In this document: piece after piece, positions 50,661 through 61,518 of the stretch
Layout of the letters: each line of letters begins with the position of its first letter
Numbering within the stretch: the stretch's first letter is position 1
Assembly: GCA_018649625.1 (NCBI GenBank)
Contig: JABIHN010000016.1
Location: forward strand, 23,734-87,733
Direction: 5' to 3'
Length of the DNA stretch: 64,000 bases
From: Fidelibacterota bacterium
Lineage (GTDB): Bacteria > Fidelibacterota > Marinisomatia > Marinisomatales > UBA1611
Program-made: the position numbers and the translations under genes
Notes under the pieces: generated by a model
The model's input: the letters and a program-made list of their open reading frames with translations, nothing else
Database searches by the model: none
Told to the model about the DNA's origin: nothing

Positions 50661-51626
50661 TTAATTTTTTCTCTTTATAAGAATTCCTATAAAAACAAGG
50701 GTAAGTAATCCGATAGAAATTAAGGTTTTTTGAAACCGATCTGTAGTATAGATCACGGATTTTCCATTCAATTTAAATGAATCTGACAGAAGAGAATCTA
50801 TACCGAAATTCCAAATTAAAGTATCAGCAATGATTTCAACAGCGTTGGTAAAAATGGGTTTTCCTGGCATAATGACTTTTAGAATAAATGTATCATCATT
50901 TAAATCCAAAGTTGATTGAAGAATTTTTTCATGGTACAACATTGCAGATGCCAATTCCGATGGAAAATTTGGTTCAACATCAAATGGCTTTAATAATTTT
51001 GTTAAATATGCGACACGATTATTTTGAATTAATTTTAAATCTTTCATTGTTGTCACTCGAGCAAATGAATTTCGTAAATGATTTACAAATCTTTGATTTC
51101 GTACTTTTTGTTTTTGGGATAATGAATGTGATGAAATATCATTCAACCCTTTTTGCATTAATACTGTAAGTGCTTCGGGGAGCCAATACAGAGAATCTGT
51201 CTTTTCATTTTTTATTGCGTCATATAATTTTGGAAATTCATTTTTAATTTTTCGTCCACCAAGGGAAAGTGAAAATTCATATTCTGTTTTATACCAAGAT
51301 TTATTTGTTGACCTAGTAAATGAATAACCAAGTGGAAGTTTATCCTTCTTGAAAAATAAAATGGATGAATCTTTAAGGATACCTTCTGTAGACATGACCC
51401 AATTTTTTTCATTATCAATCTCAATGACCTTTGTTGATGTTACCCATTGAGATAATGCCTGAGGATGTAAAAAATCCTGATTATAGATATCGATTGAATC
51501 GCCTTTGCTATTAAACATAAAATATGTTTGTCCATTTGGTTGAAGATGAATGAATATTCGATTTTCAACACATGAAGTCAAAATAAGGACTAGCAGGAAA
51601 AAAAGAATCTTAAAGTGGTGTCTCAT
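50661..51626 (-). CDS. Lipoprotein with C-terminal membrane anchor (LppM/DUF3153-like)
   Basis: Lipobox LTSC; MPGK...TNA...TLIW motif; C-terminal TM helix followed by KRKN. Confidence 0.55.
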   Translation of the reverse strand: MRHHFKILFFLLVLILTSCVENRIFIHLQPNGQTYFMFNSKGDSIDIYNQDFLHPQALSQWVTSTKVIEIDNEKNWVMSTEGILKDSSILFFKKDKLPLGYSFTRSTNKSWYKTEYEFSLSLGGRKIKNEFPKLYDAIKNEKTDSLYWLPEALTVLMQKGLNDISSHSLSQKQKVRNQRFVNHLRNSFARVTTMKDLKLIQNNRVAYLTKLLKPFDVEPNFPSELASAMLYHEKILQSTLDLNDDTFILKVIMPGKPIFTNAVEIIADTLIWNFGIDSLLSDSFKLNGKSVIYTTDRFQKTLISIGLLTLVFIGILIKRKN

Positions 51627-51715
51627 GAAACTGAAATTACATATATATTTTATCTTATGGGGAGTTGCACTGCTCTAGTCAAATATGTTATTTTCTCTTA
51701 CTATCAAGAGGCTAT

Positions 51716-52561
51716 ATGCTCAAACATCTAATCACATACTTAATTTTCATTACTAGTTTACTAGCAATTGATGCTCCTCGATCATCCGTAGTACGTACTG
51801 ATTATGGATTCATTGATTATGCAAATCGGGTAATCGTTGCGAGAGGCACAGCAATTGTTACCGCACGAAAAACATCTGAAGGAGATTTTCAAGTTATTGA
51901 AAAAAACCTGAAATTATCTAAAGGAGAAGCGCGTGCTCGTGCTAGGGAAAATCTTTTAGATTTGATAAAAATTGTAAACTTCGATAGTCGAACAGTTGGC
52001 GAACTTATGACAAATGATCGAATGATAGAAAGCCGTATTGAAACATTGGTTGGCAGTGCCTTTCAACAGGGTGCAATTGAATATCTTGAACAGAATGAAG
52101 TCGCAATTGCATTGGTGATTAAGATGTCTGGTTTGGCGGAAATAATGGTTGATGCTGGTGGATATATGAGCGAAACGATAGCACAGTCTACCTATCTTAT
52201 GACGCGCGCTTCAACGCCGAAAAGTGAACGCACTTCAGGAATCATTATTGATGCTAGAAATATTTATCATATTCCAGCTATGGTTCCAAAAGTATTTAAT
52301 GAAAATGAAAAATTAGTTTATGGACCTCGTCATTATACACGATCTCGCTCAGTAAATCGTGGCCCGATAGGTTATGCCCATTCAGTAGAAGATGACAATG
52401 TTCGACGTCGCGTAGGAAATAATCCGTTATTAGTTGAAGCAGTTTCTAGTAATGATGACGTGAATTTAAAAATCTCAAATCTGGATGCTGAACGAATTCG
52501 AAATGTAGAAAAAAAGTTTGGACTTCTCACTAATTGTAAAGTTCTTGTTTTACTTAAATAA
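51716..52561 (+). CDS. LPP20-like secreted protein
   Basis: Signal peptide; ARARARENL; GIIIDAR...PAMVP...VYG...RVGNNP pattern. Start ATG 51716 follows GAGG. Confidence 0.55.
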   Translation: MLKHLITYLIFITSLLAIDAPRSSVVRTDYGFIDYANRVIVARGTAIVTARKTSEGDFQVIEKNLKLSKGEARARARENLLDLIKIVNFDSRTVGELMTNDRMIESRIETLVGSAFQQGAIEYLEQNEVAIALVIKMSGLAEIMVDAGGYMSETIAQSTYLMTRASTPKSERTSGIIIDARNIYHIPAMVPKVFNENEKLVYGPRHYTRSRSVNRGPIGYAHSVEDDNVRRRVGNNPLLVEAVSSNDDVNLKISNLDAERIRNVEKKFGLLTNCKVLVLLK

Positions 52562-52619
52562 ATTTATAATTCCGCCTGAACAAGGTTTGGATTTCAAAAA
52601 AAACCTGTGAAATTCCAGC

Positions 52620-53708
52620 ATGGAAATTTCTAAAACGGCCATCCTTTTATTACAAGATGGCCGTTTTTTTTATGGTAAGAATTTTGGATCTGATGGAGAA
52701 ACCATTGGTGAAGTTTGTTTTAATACAGGCATGACTGGTTATCAGGAAATTTTGACTGATCCATCTTATTGTCGACAAATTGTTACCATGACTTCGCCAC
52801 ATATTGGGAATTACGGCGTGAATCTAGAAGATATAGAATCAGATCGCATTCAAGTTGCGGGATTTGTTATTAAGGAAGAAACCATCACGCCATCCAATTG
52901 GCAGTCAACCCAATCTATTGGGGATTATCTAAAAGAACAAAACATCGTTGGAATCCAAGCAATTGATACGCGAGCCTTAACGCGACATATCAGGAATCAT
53001 GGCGCTATGAATGGAATTATATCCACTCTTGATTCAAATTTAGAGAGCCTTAAGGAAAAATTATCACAAGTGTCAAGCATGTCAGGTCAAGATTTAGCTA
53101 AAGAAGTGAGTTGTGATAATTTTTATCATTACACAAAAAGAAAAAACTATCCATACAAAATAGCTGCCATTGATTTTGGCATTAAATCAAATATACTTCG
53201 ATTATTAGAAAGCTATGCTTGTGATATAACTGTTTTTCCTGCAAATGTAACATCAAGAGAAATATTGAACTTCAATCCTGACGGTGTATTTTTAAGCAAT
53301 GGACCCGGTGATCCAGATGCAGTAAAATATGGAATTAATACTGTAAAAGAATTGTTAGGGAAAAAACCTATTTTTGGTATTTGCCTTGGACATCAAATAT
53401 TAGCTCTCGCTTTAGGTGCAAAAACATTCAAATTAAAATTTGGTCACAGAGGGATTAATCATCCTGTAAAAAATTTGAATACTGGAAAAATAGAAATCAC
53501 AAGTCAAAATCATGGTTTTGCGGTGGATTTGGATTCGCTTCCATCAAACGTGAGTCCGACTCATGTAAACTTAAACGATAATACATCTGCCGGAATCCGA
53601 TGTGATGAATTGCGCGCTTTTTCAGTGCAATATCATCCAGAGTCAAGCCCAGGTCCCCATGATAGTCGATATCTATTTGAGCGTTTTATAGGTATGATGA
53701 GAAAATGA
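52620..53708 (+). CDS. carA: Carbamoyl-phosphate synthase small subunit
   Basis: GEVCFNTGMTGYQE, SNGPGDP, GICLGHQ and QYHPE. Confidence 0.99.
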   Translation: MEISKTAILLLQDGRFFYGKNFGSDGETIGEVCFNTGMTGYQEILTDPSYCRQIVTMTSPHIGNYGVNLEDIESDRIQVAGFVIKEETITPSNWQSTQSIGDYLKEQNIVGIQAIDTRALTRHIRNHGAMNGIISTLDSNLESLKEKLSQVSSMSGQDLAKEVSCDNFYHYTKRKNYPYKIAAIDFGIKSNILRLLESYACDITVFPANVTSREILNFNPDGVFLSNGPGDPDAVKYGINTVKELLGKKPIFGICLGHQILALALGAKTFKLKFGHRGINHPVKNLNTGKIEITSQNHGFAVDLDSLPSNVSPTHVNLNDNTSAGIRCDELRAFSVQYHPESSPGPHDSRYLFERFIGMMRK

Positions 53709-54610
53709 TTTTAGAAATAAAAAATCTGTCAAAATCATTTGGAACAAGAAAAGCTGTTGAGAATTTATCGTTAGAAATTCCTGAAGGATCTGTCTTCGGG
53801 TTTTTAGGACCAAATGGTAGCGGAAAATCTACAACCATTCGTATGATGACAGATTTAATCCGACCCGATGAAGGGGAAGTTTTTATTCAGGGAAAATCTG
53901 TTCAGAAAAATCATCATAAGGCTTTGGGGAGTGTAGGTGCATTAATTGAAAAGGCTGATTTTTATAAACATCTTTCAGCCAAAACGAATTTAGAAATGTT
54001 GGCGCGGATGGATGGCATAGATTTTTCCAGGATAAACTATGTTTTAGATAAAACCGGTTTGAAAAATCGTGGGGAAGATAAAGTAAAAACATATTCCCAA
54101 GGAATGAAGCAAAGATTGGGGATTGCTCAAGCACTTTTGTCTAACCCAAAATTGTTAATTTTGGATGAGCCAACCAATGGATTAGACCCCCAAGGAATGA
54201 AAGATGTTCGAGACCTTATTAAAGATTTATCTTCGGAAGGGATAACCATTTTCATTTCAAGTCATTTATTGGATGAAGTTCAAAAAATTTGTTCCCATGT
54301 TGCTATGATTCGCCTGGGGAAATTGATTATGACGGGTGAAGTGAACGACTTATTAACTGAAGCTGGGGTTATTACAACAGAAGTATCCGTTTCCCAACTT
54401 GACAAGGCATACGCACTATTGCAGTCAATTGATTGGGTGTATCAAACTCAGATTGTAGATGAAACGTTGCGGGTAAGTTTAAAGAAAAATCATATTTCGG
54501 ACTTGGTGCAATTGTTAGTTCAAAACGAGATACAAATCTCCGCTGTAATTCCAAGAACCAGTTTAGAAGATTTGTATTTATCCAAAGTGGGTATGGAGAA
54601 TATTCTTTAA
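53705..54610 (+). CDS. ABC transporter ATP-binding protein (BcrA-like)
   Basis: GPNGSGKST, YSQGMKQRLG and LDEPTNGLDP. Confidence 0.93.
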   Translation: MILEIKNLSKSFGTRKAVENLSLEIPEGSVFGFLGPNGSGKSTTIRMMTDLIRPDEGEVFIQGKSVQKNHHKALGSVGALIEKADFYKHLSAKTNLEMLARMDGIDFSRINYVLDKTGLKNRGEDKVKTYSQGMKQRLGIAQALLSNPKLLILDEPTNGLDPQGMKDVRDLIKDLSSEGITIFISSHLLDEVQKICSHVAMIRLGKLIMTGEVNDLLTEAGVITTEVSVSQLDKAYALLQSIDWVYQTQIVDETLRVSLKKNHISDLVQLLVQNEIQISAVIPRTSLEDLYLSKVGMENIL

Positions 54611-55446
54611 TGCTTGGGCTAATTTATAACGAACTTTTAGTGATAACAGGACGATGGCGGAGTTATATAGGTTTTATTGGTATCTCAATATTGATGCCTC
54701 TTATTTTATGGGGATTTTCTGCTGGTGAAGATAGTATTAATTCTGAATATACCAGTCAGCTTAGTGGGTCTTTTATGATGGTGGGTTCTATCTTTAATTC
54801 CATGCTTGCAACGTATATTATTATGAATGCGTTTTGGATCCATATTCCGTTTTTAGTTACATTAGCAGCTGGAGATTCAGTGGCAGCGGATGGTGCCAGC
54901 GGAATTTTTAGAATTACACTTATTCGATCTACTAGTCGGTTAAAAATTTTAGTTTCCAAATTGATTGCTACATATATCTACACGGCATCACTTTTGATTT
55001 TTTGTGCATTTTGGAGTTTAGGAATCGGATCTTTGGTTTTGGGTGTGGGTGATTTGATTGTGATTGATAAGGGCATATTAGTTTTAGAGCAAGGTGAAGC
55101 ATGGCTCCGAATGGTATTGGGGTTTTCATTGGCGATTATTGTAATGTGGATGGTAGCAACACTTTGTTTTATGTTTTCTGCAATGACGAATAATAGTGTT
55201 GGTCCAATAATCGGCACCATGTTTCTTATTATTATTGGATATATGATAACTGCAATTCCTTTAGATTTTTTTGAAGATATAGAGCCTTTTATTTTTGTCA
55301 GCTATTTTGATGTGTGGTTAGATGCTTTTAAAGATCCAATTCCATGGAAAAGTATCATTAAAAAAACAAGTATTCTTATTCTTCACTCAATTGTGTTTTT
55401 TAAAATTGCTACTGTGGTTTTTATAAAGAAGGATATTAAAACATGA
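54610..55446 (+). CDS. ABC-2 family permease
   Basis: About six TM helices; TLIRSTSRLKILVSK motif; coupled to the ATPase gene. Confidence 0.85.
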   Translation: MLGLIYNELLVITGRWRSYIGFIGISILMPLILWGFSAGEDSINSEYTSQLSGSFMMVGSIFNSMLATYIIMNAFWIHIPFLVTLAAGDSVAADGASGIFRITLIRSTSRLKILVSKLIATYIYTASLLIFCAFWSLGIGSLVLGVGDLIVIDKGILVLEQGEAWLRMVLGFSLAIIVMWMVATLCFMFSAMTNNSVGPIIGTMFLIIIGYMITAIPLDFFEDIEPFIFVSYFDVWLDAFKDPIPWKSIIKKTSILILHSIVFFKIATVVFIKKDIKT

Positions 55447-56198
55447 AATTTATGTTTTTATTTGCAAGTTTAATCTGCTCGGGTGTGTGGGCGCAAGTTC
55501 CTAGTTTGGAAGAAATTCAAAAAAATGTATTAGCTCAATTTGATCAAATTGATGATTATAGAGTGGATATGAAAATATCCGTAAAAATGACCGGGTTTCG
55601 AATGCCACGTAAAAAAATTCGGATGTATTATAAAAAACCGAATAAAATGAAAATTATAGCTGATGGATTTGCGATTTTACCTAACACGGGTATGGGTGGT
55701 AATCCCAATGAATTTTTTAATATGTTTGAAAATATCATAGATATATCTGAAGCCAAAATAGATGAAACAACTTATTATAAAATTACAGGAATTGTAAATC
55801 AAGATTCGTTAAAAATACCAATTTCCACAGATGAAAGTGACTTATTGAAAATTAAAATGGATGTGTTTATTGATGTAGATCATTGGACACTTAATCAGGT
55901 GGATGTTTCTTTAAATTCAAAAAAAATATTCACATTTGAAACGACTTACACTGAGATTGATGGAATACTTGTACCCGGAATATCTGAATTTAGATTAGGG
56001 ATTGAAGGTATTAGCAAATGGGTTACGCACAATCCACACTCATTTGGAGGCCCGTCTTCTGGAACAAGTGATTTTGAAACTATAGCAAAAAAAGCGGGGT
56101 ATGATCCGGAAAAAGATGAATTTGCCGGGAAAATATCTATAACATTTTCCAAATATAAATTGAATAAAGGACTGAAAGATAAAATTTTCAAGAAATGA
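55443..56198 (+). CDS. LolA-like periplasmic lipoprotein/lipid carrier fold protein
   Basis: Signal peptide; IDDYRVD...YYKKPNKMKI; C-terminal FSKYKLNKGLKDKIF, typical of LolA-like sorting proteins. Confidence 0.6.
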   Translation: MKFMFLFASLICSGVWAQVPSLEEIQKNVLAQFDQIDDYRVDMKISVKMTGFRMPRKKIRMYYKKPNKMKIIADGFAILPNTGMGGNPNEFFNMFENIIDISEAKIDETTYYKITGIVNQDSLKIPISTDESDLLKIKMDVFIDVDHWTLNQVDVSLNSKKIFTFETTYTEIDGILVPGISEFRLGIEGISKWVTHNPHSFGGPSSGTSDFETIAKKAGYDPEKDEFAGKISITFSKYKLNKGLKDKIFKK

Positions 56199-56248
56199 AT
56201 TTGATATTTTAGTTACCTTATAACATAATCATTTGAATACAGAATAAG

Positions 56249-59200
56249 ATGCCTAAACGAACAGATATTAAATCGATTTTAATTATTGGCGCCGGACCCA
56301 TTGTCATCGGCCAAGCCTGCGAATTTGATTACTCGGGGACTCAAGCCACCCGTGCATTAATGGAAGAGGGTTATCGTGTGATTTTGGTGAACTCCAATCC
56401 TGCCACCATAATGACGGATCCAGATTTAGCGGATGCTACCTATATTGAACCCTTAACCATTGAATATGTAACAGCTATTATTGAGAAAGAACATCCGGAT
56501 GCAATCTTGCCAACTGTGGGCGGACAGACTGCACTTAATTTGACGATGGATTTGCACAAAATGGGTATTCTTGAAAAATACAAAGTTCAATTGATTGGTG
56601 CTCAGGTAGATGCTATTGATAAAGCAGAAGATCGAGAGCGATTTAAAAAAGCGATGGATGAAGTTGGGATCAATACGGCAAAAGGCGGATTTGTTCATTC
56701 ATGGGAAGATGCAAAATCATTATTGGAAGAAATGCAATTTCCCATTATAATTCGTCCATCCTTTACAATGGGCGGCACCGGTGGTTCGGTAGCGTATAAT
56801 GGAGATGAATTTAAGGAATTAATCGAAATTGGACTCAATGCAAGCCCGAGTAATGAAGTCCTTATGGAAGAATCGCTTTTGGGTTGGAAAGAGTTTGAAA
56901 TGGAAGTGGTACGAGATAAAGCGGACAACGCTATAATTATTTGTTCCATTGAAAACATTGATCCAATGGGCATCCATACAGGTGACTCGGTAACCGTTGC
57001 ACCAGCCATGACTTTATCAGATAAAGAATATCAGCAAATGCGAAATTGGTCAATAAAATGTTTGCGAACCATTGGCGTGGAAACGGGTGGCTCTAATGTT
57101 CAATTTGCTGTAAATCCTGAAAATGGTAGAATGATTGTGATTGAAATGAATCCTCGAGTAAGTCGATCATCTGCTTTGGCTTCTAAAGCCACGGGATTTC
57201 CCATTGCAAAAGTAGCAGCAAAATTAGCAGTAGGTTACACATTGGATGAACTTCCCAATGATATCACAGGGAAAACATTGGCTGCATTTGAACCTACCAT
57301 TGATTACATTGTAACGAAGGTGCCCCGTTTTGATTTTGAAAAATTTCCTACTGCATCAGGACATTTGGGCGTCCAAATGCAAAGTGTGGGAGAAGCCATG
57401 TCTATTGGGCGAACATTCCGAGAAAGTTTACAAAAAGCATTTCGATCTCTAGAAGTAGGATTGGATGGGTTAGAGCCAAAACCGATAGCGGATGGAGATC
57501 AAGATGTGAGTCGAGCACGCGCTTTAGATATGTCCACATTGCGATATGGAACTGCATTCAGATTGTTAAAAGTTCGACAAGCTTTAATAGAAGGAAAATC
57601 AGTAGAAGAATTATTTTCTATTACCAAAATAGATCCATGGTTTTTACATCAAATTAAATTATTGGTAGAGACGCGGCATGCCGCATCTCTACATCAATTA
57701 AAACAAAATGGGTTTTCTGATAAACAAATTGGGCGAATGTGGTCTAAGTCCGAGATGGAAATCCGAGAATTACGAAAAAGCGAGCATGTTCACCCTTCCT
57801 ATAAAGTTGTGGATACCTGTGCGGCTGAATTTGATGCACAGACTCCATATTGTTATTCAACTTATGATGAAGAGAATGAAATTGAACCATTAGTTGGGAA
57901 AAAGATTATGATTTTGGGTGGCGGTCCGAATCGAATTGGTCAAGGAATCGAATTTGATTATTGTTGTGTCCAAGCAGTTTTTGGATTGCAAGACCTTGGC
58001 TATAAAACAATTATGGTCAATTGTAATCCGGAAACGATAAGTACTGATTTTGATTTAGTAGATCGTTTATATTTTGAACCGGTAACTTTTGAAGATGTAC
58101 TAAATATTGTTGAATTTGAAAAACCAGATGGCGTTTTAGTTCAATTTGGCGGGCAAACACCGCTCAAAATTGCGAAAGCATTATCAGATGCGAATGTTCC
58201 CATAATAGGCACATCGCCCGAGAATATTGATTTGGCCGAAAATCGGGAAAAATTTGGTAGAATTTTGGATAAATTGAAAGTAACCTGTCCGAAATATGGA
58301 ACAGGTAGAACACTGGATGAAGTGGTATTCGTTGCGGAAAAAATTGGTTTTCCCGTTCTTGCTAGACCCAGTTATGTCCTGGGTGGACGTGCTATGGAAA
58401 TAGTTTATTCCAAAGAACAATTAATTGATTATATTGCTCGATCTGCAGATGTCACAGATGGGCACCCTATTTTAATTGATGAATTCCTCGAAGATGCTTT
58501 TGAATTTGATGTAGATGCTCTCAGCGATGGAGAAACGGTTCATATTGGTGCAATTATGCAACATATTGAAGAAGCGGGCATTCATTCCGGGGATTCTGCG
58601 TGCGTATTACCACCTTATCGTATTACCACAAAAGCTATGGAAGAAATAGGCCGAATTACTACAGCGCTTGCGTTAGAACTAAAAGTTATTGGATTAATTA
58701 ATCTGCAGTTTGCATTCAAGAAGAATCAAGTTTATGTGTTGGAAGTAAATCCAAGAGCAAGCAGAACGATTCCATTTGTAAGTAAGGCAACAAATGTTCC
58801 TTTGGCTCGAATTGCTGCAAAATTAGCCACTGGAGAAAAATTAATAGATTTGGACCTTAAACCATGGGATGATATTAACCATGTCGCTGTAAAAGAAGCA
58901 GTTCTCCCTTTCAATAAATTTCCTGAAGAGTCTATATTCTTAAGCCCTGAAATGAAATCCACAGGTGAAGTGATGGGGATATCCAATTCACTGGGAGAAT
59001 CTTTTCGAAGAGCATTTTTTAGTGCTGGAAATAATGTTCCAAACTTTGGTTGCGTCTTTATTTCTGTGAATGATTCAGATAAGTTGGATGTGATTCGTAT
59101 TGCGAGAGATCTTAATGAAATTGGATTTAAATTGGTGGGAACTTCAGGTACAGCAAAAGAATTACGAAGAAACGGGCTTCCAATTGATTCGGTATTTAAA

Positions 59201-59437
59201 GTAGGTGAGGGGCGTCCAAATGTTGTGGATGGAATTAAAAATGGAGATATCAATCTAGTCATTAATACACCTATGGGAGCACAAGCGAGATATGATGAAG
59301 AATCCATTGGTAGAGCCTGTATTCAAAAAGGGATAGTGGCCATAACGACATTATCTGGTGCAGAAGCAGCTGTGAGAGCAATTCGACGTGCAAATCAACC
59401 AATAATTGTCAAAACTATTCAAGAATATCACGCTTAA
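56249..59437 (+). CDS. carB: Carbamoyl-phosphate synthase large subunit
   Basis: MPKRTDI...[17 protein letters not shown], duplicated ATP-grasp domains and MGS domain. Confidence 0.99.
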   Translation: MPKRTDIKSILIIGAGPIVIGQACEFDYSGTQATRALMEEGYRVILVNSNPATIMTDPDLADATYIEPLTIEYVTAIIEKEHPDAILPTVGGQTALNLTMDLHKMGILEKYKVQLIGAQVDAIDKAEDRERFKKAMDEVGINTAKGGFVHSWEDAKSLLEEMQFPIIIRPSFTMGGTGGSVAYNGDEFKELIEIGLNASPSNEVLMEESLLGWKEFEMEVVRDKADNAIIICSIENIDPMGIHTGDSVTVAPAMTLSDKEYQQMRNWSIKCLRTIGVETGGSNVQFAVNPENGRMIVIEMNPRVSRSSALASKATGFPIAKVAAKLAVGYTLDELPNDITGKTLAAFEPTIDYIVTKVPRFDFEKFPTASGHLGVQMQSVGEAMSIGRTFRESLQKAFRSLEVGLDGLEPKPIADGDQDVSRARALDMSTLRYGTAFRLLKVRQALIEGKSVEELFSITKIDPWFLHQIKLLVETRHAASLHQLKQNGFSDKQIGRMWSKSEMEIRELRKSEHVHPSYKVVDTCAAEFDAQTPYCYSTYDEENEIEPLVGKKIMILGGGPNRIGQGIEFDYCCVQAVFGLQDLGYKTIMVNCNPETISTDFDLVDRLYFEPVTFEDVLNIVEFEKPDGVLVQFGGQTPLKIAKALSDANVPIIGTSPENIDLAENREKFGRILDKLKVTCPKYGTGRTLDEVVFVAEKIGFPVLARPSYVLGGRAMEIVYSKEQLIDYIARSADVTDGHPILIDEFLEDAFEFDVDALSDGETVHIGAIMQHIEEAGIHSGDSACVLPPYRITTKAMEEIGRITTALALELKVIGLINLQFAFKKNQVYVLEVNPRASRTIPFVSKATNVPLARIAAKLATGEKLIDLDLKPWDDINHVAVKEAVLPFNKFPEESIFLSPEMKSTGEVMGISNSLGESFRRAFFSAGNNVPNFGCVFISVNDSDKLDVIRIARDLNEIGFKLVGTSGTAKELRRNGLPIDSVFKVGEGRPNVVDGIKNGDINLVINTPMGAQARYDEESIGRACIQKGIVAITTLSGAEAAVRAIRRANQPIIVKTIQEYHA

Positions 59438-59522
59438 AGTTCTAATTGCTTATTCAAGAAAAATTCAATATTATTTTTATCACTATCTATCCAATTTAGG
59501 ATAGGTCAAATCAAATTATTAA

Positions 59523-60920
59523 ATGAAAGATAAATTAAAAAATAATCAAGGTCAAGAATTGGACGTAAAAACATCTGATTTGGATACTGTTATCGATGCC
59601 AATAAAAACCTCTATGATAAGTTAAATAAACTGCCCGAGATTGAAGCTTTAGAAGCCATTGTCTTAGATGAAGAAATTGAAGATACATCTGCTGATAAAT
59701 CTCATCCTTTTCTTAAAATATTTAATAAGCTGCATGGTTTATATATTGAAAATGAGCTCGTTCGATATGCTGCTTGGTCAATTGTATTAATATTAATCTC
59801 AACATCTGCTCTTACAATTGTTGAATATGATATGTTTAAAGAGAGCGTGACGGATCATGTTGGGGATACATTTATTTTTGGTGGGGATCAGCCAAATTGG
59901 TTAGATACATTTTTCCACACATTTTGGTGGTCAATTGTTACATTTACCACTGTTGGGTATGGTGATGTAAGTCCAGTAACTCATCTTGGAAAATTTCTTA
60001 CTATTATTATAATGCTTTTAAATTTTGGCGTCGTCACATTATTGGGCGGGGCTGTTGCATCTGTTTTGGTTGCACAACGATTAACGGGAGATGATACATT
60101 GGACGAAAATAAATTTAATGGCCACTTGGTCATTGCGGGATGGAATTCATATGTTCCATCAATTTTAAAACTAATTGACGCCAATCAAGATGCAACAGAT
60201 GTTGTTATTTTGGTGAATGAAACAGACCCTGATATTATTCAGCGAGGGTTATCGGATTATGAAAGATTGGATATCACTCATATTCCTGAGAATTTTACCA
60301 ATGAATCAACATTGAGGAAAGCATTTCTGGAAAAAGCGGATACTTTCATGATATTACCTGATAATTCAGGTTTATTGCCTCATGAGCAACCCGATGAAGA
60401 TAAAACAGTCTTAACTTGTTTAACTGCAAAAGCTATTTCAGAATCTTGTAATGTTATTGCTCATGTTTTAGATCCTGAAAATGTTTCCCATCTTCAGCGA
60501 GCAAATGCAAATGAGATTGTGATTCCCGACGATCATGTACCTCACCTTTTAGCAAAACACGTTACTGATCCGGGTGTCCCACAATTTTTTGATGATCTCA
60601 TATTACAGGAAGAAAAAGATAAGGGGCTCCAAGAAGTTAAAATACCAAAAAGTTTAATTGGAAAAGCTCATAATAAAATATCTGCTTTTTATAAATTCAA
60701 ATACAATTGGCTTTTAGTTGGGTATGCGGTACGAAAAGCTGGATTTAGTTTAGATGATCAAATGGGAGAGAGTGGTAGTCCACTTATTCGAAGTATGATT
60801 AGGGAGCAGTTGGAAGGTGCGGGAGTTAATCTAACAAGTGATGAACATGTAGTTGTGGAAATTAACCCATCGGATGACTATAAAATTGATGAAAAACATA
60901 GCGCATTGGTCTTGAGGTAA
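59523..60920 (+). CDS. 2-TM potassium channel with RCK domain (MthK-like)
   Basis: FWWSIVTFTTVGYGD selectivity filter; HLVIAGWN RCK start; HLQRANANEIV. Confidence 0.93.
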   Translation: MKDKLKNNQGQELDVKTSDLDTVIDANKNLYDKLNKLPEIEALEAIVLDEEIEDTSADKSHPFLKIFNKLHGLYIENELVRYAAWSIVLILISTSALTIVEYDMFKESVTDHVGDTFIFGGDQPNWLDTFFHTFWWSIVTFTTVGYGDVSPVTHLGKFLTIIIMLLNFGVVTLLGGAVASVLVAQRLTGDDTLDENKFNGHLVIAGWNSYVPSILKLIDANQDATDVVILVNETDPDIIQRGLSDYERLDITHIPENFTNESTLRKAFLEKADTFMILPDNSGLLPHEQPDEDKTVLTCLTAKAISESCNVIAHVLDPENVSHLQRANANEIVIPDDHVPHLLAKHVTDPGVPQFFDDLILQEEKDKGLQEVKIPKSLIGKAHNKISAFYKFKYNWLLVGYAVRKAGFSLDDQMGESGSPLIRSMIREQLEGAGVNLTSDEHVVVEINPSDDYKIDEKHSALVLR

Positions 60921-60923
60921 AAT

Positions 60924-61487
60924 ATGAATCCTACAGCAGAACAAATACAAAAGATTAACCATTTTAGTAAAGTACCTTTGGATATGTGTAAGAAAATTGC
61001 TTCAGCGGTTGAATTACAGGAATGTCAGCCTAAAAAAGCCTTATTGACTGAAGGAGACACAGGTGATACCATGGTCCTTGTTTTTCAAGGACAAGTTGAA
61101 GTGTCAAAAAATATGATGGTAAAAACAGCCAGTGGACTGGCAACATCAAGAAAACCGATTATTCGTTTAGAAACAACAGACCCTCCACCAAAATCGCCAC
61201 CTATAACAGAGCCTACTGTTTTTGTGGTTGAAGCACCTGCGTTTGGAATTGGTGAATTTTCACTCGTTTTAGATGATGCAATCCGGACGGCTCATGTTCA
61301 TGCAACTACACCTGTTCAATATGGAATTCTTACCTTAGAAGATTTTTCACGGATTGTAAAAGACAATCCTGAAATTGGTGGATTTGTATATTTTGAAGTT
61401 GCGAAGGCTGCAGTGCAAAATTTGGCAACAGCCAGCGCTGATATATCAAACCTAACTCAAGCTTTCTTTTTTGCTTTAACTAGATAG
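60924..61487 (+). CDS. Stand-alone cyclic-nucleotide-binding domain protein
   Basis: EGDTGDTMVLVFQGQVEV; phosphate-binding cassette GEFSL...RTAHV; no HTH. Confidence 0.85.
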   Translation: MNPTAEQIQKINHFSKVPLDMCKKIASAVELQECQPKKALLTEGDTGDTMVLVFQGQVEVSKNMMVKTASGLATSRKPIIRLETTDPPPKSPPITEPTVFVVEAPAFGIGEFSLVLDDAIRTAHVHATTPVQYGILTLEDFSRIVKDNPEIGGFVYFEVAKAAVQNLATASADISNLTQAFFFALTR

Positions 61488-61518
61488 AATTTTGTACCCA
61501 GTTTAAAATTTAATAATA

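Noticed and set aside
52565-52619. TATAAT plus weak hairpin before carA as a PyrR-type attenuator
   Set aside because: No PyrR-binding loop consensus, no U-tract, and a weak stem.
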